Assembly: GCA_014874175.1 (NCBI GenBank)
Contig: JACWAD010000048.1
Coordinates: 61,222-125,221 of the forward strand
Length of the DNA: 64,000 nucleotides
DNA from: Thermoleophilia bacterium
Lineage (GTDB): Bacteria; Actinomycetota; Thermoleophilia; BMS3ABIN01
Direction of reading: 5' to 3'
Shown: positions 30,661 through 38,061 of the stretch, in pieces
How the letters are laid out: every line of letters begins with the position of its first letter
How positions within the stretch are numbered: position 1 is the first letter of the stretch
Position numbers and translations under genes: made by a program
Notes under the pieces: generated by a model
The model's database searches: none
What the model was told of the DNA's origin: nothing
Seen by the model: the letters and a program-made list of their open reading frames with translations, nothing else

Positions 30661-31552
30661 TAACGGTTGTCTTCAAGAGAATCGATTATGCGGCGCAGTT
30701 CTTCATTGTTTCTGAACTCCATCTCAATGCGGCCCCCTCTGGCGCTCCAGCGGACTTTGACTGGCAGGCGAAAAGCTGAATAGAGAGCATCGGTTGCCTC
30801 ATCCATCAGTTCCTGGCCGGCAGGTATCGGGCTCGCCTCCCTGGCAGACTTGCGCTGCGGGGCCTCGCGTTTTACCCGTGCTTCCAGCTGCCGCACGGAC
30901 ATGTTGGCGGCAGCGGCTTTCGCAGCCAGGCGGCGCTGCCGGAGGCGATCCGGCACTGAAAGGAGGGCGCGCCCGTGACCTTCAGACAATCTGCCATGCT
31001 CGATAAGGGTTTGCACATCGTCCGGGAGGTCAAGCAACCGCAGGGTATTGGCTACTGCTGAGCGGCTGCGGCCCAGCTTGGCGGCCAGCTCTTCCTGCGT
31101 GATGCCGAAATCTTCCTGCAGGTTTGCGTAAGCCCGCGCCGCATCAATCGGATTTAAATCTTCCCGGCTCAGGTTTTCAATCAGGGCCAATTCCACGGAT
31201 TCGGCGTCGCCTGCGTCCCTGATCACGGCCGGGACTGTTTTCAGGCCGGCCATGCGCGCGGCGCGCCAGCGCCTCTCGCCGGCGATAATCTCAAAACTGC
31301 CGCCGGCGCGGCGCACGACTACCGGCTGCACAATGCCTACAGCCTTGATTGACGCCGCTAGTTCGGCGAGAGCCTCATCGCCGAAAGTCCGGCGCGGCTG
31401 CCCCGGATTTGAAACTATTTTATCGACAGCGATTTCCTGATATTGACCTGCAAGTTGCAAGTTGCCATTGTGGTTATTCACTTGTTGATTTTTATTCTGA
31501 TTTGTGCCAATCAAGGCCTCAAGTCCCCGGCCCAATCCCTTGCTGCTATTCA
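30660..31552 (-). CDS. parB: Chromosome partitioning protein ParB (Spo0J)
   Basis: GLGRGLEALI, ParB box IIAGERRWRAA, HTH ITQEELAAKLGRSRSAVANTLRLL; GTG start at 31552 after GGAGGTG, overlapping parA stop. Confidence 0.9.
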
Positions 31553-32337
31553 CGCTCGACCACCTCCGTGGCGAGATCGAAGTAAGCATCCGAACCGGCA
31601 CAGGTGGGATCATACCGCGATATCGGCTTGCCGTGGCTCGGAGCTTCGCTTAACCTGACATTGCGGGGAATGACTGTCTTGTAAATTAACTGCGGAAAAT
31701 GGGAACGGACCTGACTTACCACCTGGCTGGACAGATTGGTGCGGGCATCAAACATGGTCATCAGCAGGCCGGCGATCCTGAGGTTCGGGTTAAAGTTGCT
31801 CTGAACTGCAGATACAGTGGAAAGCAACTGTCCCAGTCCTTCCAAGGCGTAATATTCGCATTGGACCGGGATAATGATTTTGTCGGCTGCCACAAGGCCA
31901 TTCAGCGTGAGCAGGCTGAGAGAAGGCGGACAATCGATAAAGAGGTAATCAAAATCAGAAGAAATGCCCATGAGCGCCTTTGCTACGACAAATTCACGGT
32001 CTTCGCGGAGGGGAAGCTCAACCTCGGCGCCGGCGAGATGAGGCGTTGACGGGACCAGGAACAAGTGGGGCACTTGGGTGCCAATGATTGCTGATTCCAC
32101 GGGGGCGCCGACAGAGATGACATCATAGACAGTACGTGCGGTGCTTTCATGTATGCCTAGGCCGTGTGTTGCATTGCACTGAGCGTCGAGGTCGATGAGC
32201 AAAACGGTCGCACCTGCCTCGGCAAGACAAACGGCGGTGTTAATACAGGTTGTTGTCTTGCCTACGCCGCCTTTTTGGTTGGCAACTGCGTAGGTTTTAC
32301 CTAGACCCGCCCTCTCCCGAAATGAATTCGCCTGCAC
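31546..32337 (-). CDS. parA: Chromosome partitioning ATPase ParA (Soj)
   Basis: Deviant Walker A ANQKGGVGKTTT; 263 aa. Confidence 0.92.
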   Translation of the reverse strand: MQANSFRERAGLGKTYAVANQKGGVGKTTTCINTAVCLAEAGATVLLIDLDAQCNATHGLGIHESTARTVYDVISVGAPVESAIIGTQVPHLFLVPSTPHLAGAEVELPLREDREFVVAKALMGISSDFDYLFIDCPPSLSLLTLNGLVAADKIIIPVQCEYYALEGLGQLLSTVSAVQSNFNPNLRIAGLLMTMFDARTNLSSQVVSQVRSHFPQLIYKTVIPRNVRLSEAPSHGKPISRYDPTCAGSDAYFDLATEVVERE

Positions 32338-32391
32338 GAAGCAAATTTTATCAGATGAGCAGGATAGTGACCAGACAGAATTAACCAGGGA

Positions 32392-33084
32392 TTATGCGAG
32401 CGGCCTTTTTTTAGCCATGCCAGGCTTGCGTGGGAAGCGCGCCGGAGTCGGCCCTTCCTTTTTTATTAGCCAGACGTGCATGTTTCTGGCCTGATCGTAT
32501 GGATTTACAAGGGCAATGCGCTCGACGGACCCGTTCAGAGCCTGCGCCGCCAGCTGCGCCTTTTCCTCATCGCCCGGCTCTCTCTTGCCTCTCATCAGCA
32601 GGGCAAACCCCCCTGGGCGCGCCAGCGGTAGTGAATACTCGGTCGAAGCCGCAAGCTGCGCCACTGCCCTCGCCATTGAAAGGTCAAAAGAATCTCGCAT
32701 GTAAGAAGAGGCGGCATCTTCAGCGCGCATCCAAAGAACAGTGGCATTCTTAAGACCGAGTTCCCGGATGGCCCTTAACATAAAACCGCATTTCTTCCTG
32801 CTGGAGTCGATTAAGGTAAGATCAAGGCTGGGCCTGGCAATGGCAAGAGGAATTCCGGGAATCCCGGCGCCGCTGCCGATATCAACGGCATTGCCTGCAT
32901 TCACGACTTCAGGAAGGTCGAGAAGGACAAGACTGCTGCAAAGGAGAACATCCACGATTTCTGATTTGTCTTTGATAGAAGTGACGTTGGCATCACCCGC
33001 CGAATGCAGAAGGGACAAATATCTTTCCAGAAGCAGAAGCTTTTCGTCATTGAGGCCAAACCTAAGGAAGAGACGCCGCCACAT
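32392..33084 (-). CDS. rsmG: 16S rRNA (guanine527-N7)-methyltransferase RsmG (GidB)
   Basis: SAM motif DIGSGAGIPGIPLAIARP; position between mnmG and parA. Confidence 0.9.
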   Translation of the reverse strand: MWRRLFLRFGLNDEKLLLLERYLSLLHSAGDANVTSIKDKSEIVDVLLCSSLVLLDLPEVVNAGNAVDIGSGAGIPGIPLAIARPSLDLTLIDSSRKKCGFMLRAIRELGLKNATVLWMRAEDAASSYMRDSFDLSMARAVAQLAASTEYSLPLARPGGFALLMRGKREPGDEEKAQLAAQALNGSVERIALVNPYDQARNMHVWLIKKEGPTPARFPRKPGMAKKRPLA

Positions 33085-33085
33085 T

Positions 33086-35005
33086 TTATCTTTCCGGTCT
33101 TAAATAAAGAGAAAGAACGGAAATATCTGCGGGGGAAACGCCGGCTATACGTGAAGCCTGGCCCAGGTTGGAAGGGCGGAAGCGGGCCAGTTTTTCCCGG
33201 GCTTCTATCGTAATGCCCTGGAGATGCTCGAATATCATGTTTGTCGGTATTGGTGTTTTTTCGAGGGCGTTTGTGCGCCCGATTTCTGCCAGCTGGCGGT
33301 TAATGTATCCAGAGTACTTAATTTCAATTTCGGCCCGCCTGAGAATCCGGCTGTGCTCTGTCAGGGGGTGGTCCAGCAAGGGCAGAATATCGGCCATGGA
33401 GATCTCGGGACGTTTCAGCAATTGAGCCGCCGGTTGGGGTTCTGATAATGGGGCCGAGCCAATGGCGGCAAGTCGACGGTTTACATATTCGTCGGCAGGG
33501 ACCACCGTTTCTGATAAATTCGAAATCAGTTTTTCAAGATGAGCCTGGTCATTTGAAATTAAGGAAAGATCCTTATCTGCCACAAGGCCGAGGCGGTGGC
33601 CAAGAGATCCAAGCCTCGCATGCGCATTGTCGTGTCTGAGCATGAGGCGGTATTCGGCCCGGGACGTAAAAATGCGGTAGGGCTCATCCACTTCCTTTGT
33701 AACAAGGTCATCAATCAGCACGCCTATGTAGGCCTGGCTGCGCTTGAGGGTAAATGGAGAGTTGCCTTTGACAAAAAGGGCTGCGTTGATGCCAGCTATC
33801 AACCCTTGGGCTGCGGCCTCTTCATACCCCGAAGTGCCATTAATCTGGCCGGCTAGGAAAAGACCCGCAATTTTCTTGTTTTCCAGGGATAATTTCATTT
33901 GATTCGGAAAAATGTAGTCATATTCGACCGCATACCCGGGGCGAGTCAGGCGGGCTTGCTCAAGGCCCGGCGTTGCCCGGACAATTTTTTCCTGGACCCA
34001 GACCGGAAGGCTCGTCGTAAGGCCCTGTAAATACATCTCTTTCGTGTGACGTCCTTCAGGTTCAACAAAGACCGGGTGCCGGCTCCTGTCTGGAAAATTC
34101 ATAACCTTGCGGTCAATGGATGGACAGTAACGGGGGCCTTTACCGCTGACGGAGCCGCTTTTAATCGGGGAAAGATGGAGGTACTTTCGCACGACCTCAT
34201 GTGTTTTCTCCGTCGTGTAGGTGAGGTAACAGGGCATCTGAGGATGCCGATTTGGTTTTGAGAAGGGAGAAAATGTTGCGGGATTCTTGTCCCCGGGATC
34301 GATCTGCATTCTATCGGTCCGCAAGGACCGGGCATCAACGCGGGGAGGCGTTGCCGACTGGAACCTGCCGAGCTCAAGTCCTGCTTCAATCAGGCTTGAA
34401 GATAGCCCGCCCGCTGGCGGCTCCCCCATTCTGCCGGCCGGGAAAGAAAGAGCGCCGATCACAATTTTCCCCCGGAGAAAGGTGCCACAAGCGAGAATTA
34501 CAGTTTTTGCAGGGATAATACTGCCATCTATTAATTTGATGCCGTTAATTGTTTCACGTGAAACAATTATTTCCGTGGCGGTTGACTCCAGGATTTGCAG
34601 TAAGGGCTCCGAGATGAGAGCCCTTCTCATGTTGTCTTCATAAAGCTTTTTGTCTGTTTGCGCCCTCAGGGCCTGCACCGCGGGTCCCTTTCCCGTGTTC
34701 AGCATCTTCATCTGAATAAACGAACTGTCGGCATTCTTGCCCTGCTGGCCGCCGAGCGCGTCAATCTCGCGGGTTAGCTGGCCTTTTCCAATTCCACCCA
34801 CGGCTGGGTTGCAGGGCATAAGGGCGATCTTGTCAAGGTTAAGGGTAAGAAGAAGGGTCGGGCAGCCCATACGGGCGGCAGCCAGTGCTGCTTCACAGCC
34901 GGCGTGCCCGCCGCCCACAACCGCCACGTCAAACCGGGGTAACGCATTTGATTTGGTTTTACTGCTCATCCATTCACGTTCAGGAATCTGAACTCGGGCT
35001 TGCAT
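33086..35005 (-). CDS. mnmG: tRNA uridine 5-carboxymethylaminomethyl modification enzyme MnmG (GidA)
   Basis: FDVAVVGGGHAGCEAALAAARMG, CNPAVGGIGKG, GPRYCPSID, LTRPGYAVEYD, C-terminal MnmE-binding domain; start could be internal ATG at 34969. Confidence 0.95.
   Translation of the reverse strand: MQARVQIPEREWMSSKTKSNALPRFDVAVVGGGHAGCEAALAAARMGCPTLLLTLNLDKIALMPCNPAVGGIGKGQLTREIDALGGQQGKNADSSFIQMKMLNTGKGPAVQALRAQTDKKLYEDNMRRALISEPLLQILESTATEIIVSRETINGIKLIDGSIIPAKTVILACGTFLRGKIVIGALSFPAGRMGEPPAGGLSSSLIEAGLELGRFQSATPPRVDARSLRTDRMQIDPGDKNPATFSPFSKPNRHPQMPCYLTYTTEKTHEVVRKYLHLSPIKSGSVSGKGPRYCPSIDRKVMNFPDRSRHPVFVEPEGRHTKEMYLQGLTTSLPVWVQEKIVRATPGLEQARLTRPGYAVEYDYIFPNQMKLSLENKKIAGLFLAGQINGTSGYEEAAAQGLIAGINAALFVKGNSPFTLKRSQAYIGVLIDDLVTKEVDEPYRIFTSRAEYRLMLRHDNAHARLGSLGHRLGLVADKDLSLISNDQAHLEKLISNLSETVVPADEYVNRRLAAIGSAPLSEPQPAAQLLKRPEISMADILPLLDHPLTEHSRILRRAEIEIKYSGYINRQLAEIGRTNALEKTPIPTNMIFEHLQGITIEAREKLARFRPSNLGQASRIAGVSPADISVLSLYLRPER
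34547..34568. promoter_or_regulatory. parS centromere site (perfect 22-bp palindrome AATTGTTTCACGTGAAACAATT; core TGTTTCACGTGAAACA) inside mnmG
   Basis: Exact match to the Firmicutes/actinobacterial parS consensus tGTTtCAcGTGAAACa. Confidence 0.8.
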
Positions 35006-35079
35006 GCTTCTTGCCCCGTTTCGGCTTCCCGAAGGCCAGATCTCGACAAGCCCCTAGCAGTATTAACATTTCTGCTGAC

Positions 35080-35099
35080 CATCCTGGGTGAATCGGATG
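35080..35099. promoter_or_regulatory. 20-bp palindromic site CATCC-N10-GGATG (copy 1) upstream of mnmG
   Basis: CATCCTGGGTGAATCGGATG; second copy exactly 200 bp away. Confidence 0.35.
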
Positions 35100-35279
35100 A
35101 TCGCCGGTATTTTAACTGGCCGTCCAATTCTCAGTTTTATATATGTCATCCCGTTCGCTCCGCTCAGGGCAAGCTCTGAGGCGAAGCCGAATGATCCCGG
35201 TTAAAAAACCCGGATTCTTCGTCGCCGGAGCTTGCCTGGGTGAAGCTGAAGGGGCGGCTCAGAATGACAAATCATTGCT

Positions 35280-35299
35280 CATCCTGAGTAAATTGGATG
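35280..35299. promoter_or_regulatory. 20-bp palindromic site CATCC-N10-GGATG (copy 2), followed by 35-nt AT-rich tract
   Basis: CATCCTGAGTAAATTGGATG; flanking ~33 nt also ~80% identical to copy 1. Confidence 0.35.
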
Positions 35300-35333
35300 A
35301 TCAGTGTATTTTATCATTGTTTTTATTTTGGTA

Positions 35334-36398
35334 TTAAAATTTGGTTGTACAGGCAATGGTCACCGGCCTTGTTTTTCCGCAGGCAACGGCACGGCACAGC
35401 CTGGCGGCAATACTGTCAGGCTCAACCCTTGTGGCCGTCCTTGACTTGCCGGCCCGTAGTGAGGCATTCTTCCCTGCTATGGCTCCCAGGACGGCTGCTT
35501 CCGCAAAATAGCTGCAGCCGGCAGCCCTGCCGGCAAAAAAGAGCCCCGGGAGGCGCCCGGCTTCAAGGCTGGCGCCGACCTGCTTGACGGACAGGATCTG
35601 ATGATGGACGGCGTAGCCAGGCCGCGTCAACCATGGCTGCGGAAATTCGGAGCTGAGATTGCTCAGGGCAGACGCCCGGTTTCCGGCGAGCCTCGTACTT
35701 GTACCGTAAAGCTCACCCGGCACGACTTCAGGCAGCCATCGATCAGCGCCGGGGCCGCTTTTTGCTAAGCTTCTGGAGTCGAGATGAGGAGAGGAAACCG
35801 CCCGTACCCTCTCGGTGTTCACGCCAAGACCATCCAGGCAGCGGGCCAGGGCCTTGGCGGGAATCTCACTCCGGCGCCCGCCTGGGGAAAAAGAACCGCC
35901 TTCTTCTACGATCCCGCGCAAGAAGGTGCCAGCGGCTAGAACGATAGATGTTGCCATGAAGCTTTCGCCAAGGTTGGTGCCAGCAGTCCAGAATTTACCT
36001 GCCGGCTTGAGAGATGTGACAAGCGCCTGCCTGATTTCAACGTCTTCGGATTGCAGCGCCTCCTGATAGGCAAGACTGAGCTGGCGCCGGTCGGCTACCA
36101 GGGCCCCGGCGAAAGATCCGGGCGGGCATAATTCTTTTGTGCGAAGGATCCTGGGCAGCATGCCACCCATTTTGCCCAACTCTTCGATAAGCAGGTAACG
36201 AGGGTCGTCTTCACCCTCGGCCAGGACCGGGCTGCCCGGGTTAAGTCCGACGGTGTCGATGTTGATGCTTATACATAAGGATGAAGCGCCTGACCGCGCG
36301 GCTGCTGCCGACGCTTCACACCCCGCAGGTCCGCCACCGATGACCAGGACGTCGTAAACATTGTCACAATCGTTCTTATTTGCCAACACAGAATTCAC
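35334..36398 (-). CDS. Truncated MnmG/GidA-like FAD-binding protein (354 aa) lacking the insertion/catalytic-Cys region and C-terminal MnmE-binding domain
   Basis: YDVLVIGGGPAGCEASAAAARSG, AAGTFLRG, LTRPGYAVHHQ, LFFAGRAAGCSYFAEAAVLGAIAG align to MnmG motifs; CNPAIGG and RYCPS motifs absent; start overlaps mnmE stop. Confidence 0.7.
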   Translation of the reverse strand: MNSVLANKNDCDNVYDVLVIGGGPAGCEASAAAARSGASSLCISINIDTVGLNPGSPVLAEGEDDPRYLLIEELGKMGGMLPRILRTKELCPPGSFAGALVADRRQLSLAYQEALQSEDVEIRQALVTSLKPAGKFWTAGTNLGESFMATSIVLAAGTFLRGIVEEGGSFSPGGRRSEIPAKALARCLDGLGVNTERVRAVSSPHLDSRSLAKSGPGADRWLPEVVPGELYGTSTRLAGNRASALSNLSSEFPQPWLTRPGYAVHHQILSVKQVGASLEAGRLPGLFFAGRAAGCSYFAEAAVLGAIAGKNASLRAGKSRTATRVEPDSIAARLCRAVACGKTRPVTIACTTKF

Positions 36399-37752
36399 GG
36401 AAAATTTCGTCCAGCAGGTCTTCCATCATTTCCTCGCCCGTGATCTCACCCAGCGCCGTCAGCGCCGCGCGCAGCTCCTCTGAAATAATTTCTTCTCCCA
36501 GCCCCACCCGCAGGCCTTGCTGCGCCTTGAGGAGGCGCTCCGAAGCAGAGGCGAGCAGACGCTGATGGCGTTCCAGGGTTACCACGGGGCTTAAAGTGTG
36601 AGAGAAGGCTTCTCCTAAAACGAGGCGGGATATTTTTTCCTTCAGCTCGTTAAGTCCTTGACGCGTCAGGGCGGAAATTAGGACCGGCTGCGCCGGAAGC
36701 AGTCCCCGGTTAAATGATGGCGCGCGGCCGCGAAACAGGTCACATTTGTTAATTATGTAAATGGTCTTTTCCGGCAGGACCGAGGTAAGCAGGGCGCGGT
36801 CATGATCATCTTCCCGCCTGCTGCCGTCAAAAAGGCAGAGGATCAGATCTGCTTCCTTCAGCGCTTTGCGGCTGCGCTCAACGCCTATCTGTTCAACAAT
36901 GTCATCCGCAGGCGCCATGCCGGCTGTGTCAGTCAGTTGCAGGGGCACGCCGCCGACGTTGATGATCTCCTCAATGGTGTCGCGGGTAGTGCCAGGAATT
37001 TCCGTCACAATTGCCCTTTCACGCATCAGCATCGCATTGAGCAGGCTTGATTTGCCCACGTTCGGTTTGCCTACAATGGCGGTGCGGACACCCTGGCTCA
37101 GTATGCGGCCGGCAAAGGCAGACTCCGCCAGTTCCTCCAGGCACTTCTTGATCTGGGACAGGCGGGTTTCGGCTTCTTCCCGGTTGAGTTCTTCAATATC
37201 TTCATCGGAAAAATCCAGGCCAGCTTCCAGGGCGCCAAGCACAGACAGGACGCCGCGGCGAAGCGATTTTATCTCGGCAGAAAGAGACCCCTCCAGCTGT
37301 GACATTGCCAGCTTAAGCGCTGCCTCTGTCTTGGCGGATACAATCTGGGCGACGCTCTCGGCCTGGGCCAGGTCGATTCTGCCGTTTAAAAAAGCCCTGC
37401 GCGTGAATTCTCCCGGCGGCGCCAGTTCAGCGCCATGGTCCAAAAGCAGCGCCAGAATTTTTTTCTGGGCCACAGGTCCACCATGGCAGTTAACTTCCAC
37501 CATGTCTTCCCGCGTATATGTCCCGGGAGCCTTCATGACTGAAACCAGGACTTCGTCAATCACCTCCCCCGCCTCTGGGCTTACAATTCTGCCGTAGTGA
37601 AGGGTATGGGAGCCGGCTTGCTCAAGCCCGCACTTTCCCTGGAAAACGCCGCCACAAATAGTAATCGCCTCCTGGCCGGTCATGCGAACGATGCCAATGG
37701 CGCCGGCTCCCAGAGGTGTGGAGATTGCCGCTATTGTCGGGTAGTTCCGCAT
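36376..37752 (-). CDS. mnmE: tRNA modification GTPase MnmE (TrmE)
   Basis: MRNYPTIAAISTPLGAGAIGIVRMTG, G1 GKPNVGKSSLLN, G2 TTRD, C-terminal CVGK; supplied 741-aa ORF has spurious 283-aa N-terminal extension. Confidence 0.93.
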   Translation of the reverse strand: MRNYPTIAAISTPLGAGAIGIVRMTGQEAITICGGVFQGKCGLEQAGSHTLHYGRIVSPEAGEVIDEVLVSVMKAPGTYTREDMVEVNCHGGPVAQKKILALLLDHGAELAPPGEFTRRAFLNGRIDLAQAESVAQIVSAKTEAALKLAMSQLEGSLSAEIKSLRRGVLSVLGALEAGLDFSDEDIEELNREEAETRLSQIKKCLEELAESAFAGRILSQGVRTAIVGKPNVGKSSLLNAMLMRERAIVTEIPGTTRDTIEEIINVGGVPLQLTDTAGMAPADDIVEQIGVERSRKALKEADLILCLFDGSRREDDHDRALLTSVLPEKTIYIINKCDLFRGRAPSFNRGLLPAQPVLISALTRQGLNELKEKISRLVLGEAFSHTLSPVVTLERHQRLLASASERLLKAQQGLRVGLGEEIISEELRAALTALGEITGEEMMEDLLDEIFREFCVGK

Positions 37753-37774
37753 GGTGTGTATTATAACAACGGAT

Positions 37775-37802
37775 TTTGGACATTGGGCTTTGGATATTGG
37801 GC
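37775..37802. repeat. Tandem 14-nt direct repeat TTTGGAYATTGGGC x2 in mnmE/yyaL divergent promoter region
   Basis: Read directly: TTTGGACATTGGGC TTTGGATATTGGGC. Confidence 0.4.
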
Positions 37803-38061
37803 AAAAACCAAACCCATTTTTACTGAACATATAGTTATTCGGGAGAGGCTTGCCCTGAGTTTGCCTGTTTCCCCTTTCAAACAGGATGGTCAGCCTGGAT
37901 GTCGTTTGGCGCCTGGATTGTTTAAAATGTCCGGGTTGCGGCAAGCGAATGCTGGAGATCCGGCGATTATGAAAAAAGCGATGCTCTGCTTCAGCCTCCG
38001 GCGGCCGGATCTCGACAGCCCTTCGAGTTACTATATTTCTCAGGCTTCCCGGGAGAGTTGG

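Noticed and set aside
35310-35345. AT-rich tract plus repeats as oriC
   Set aside because: No canonical DnaA boxes (TTATCCACA), and dnaA/dnaN are absent from the window. Kept only as a regulatory-region observation.
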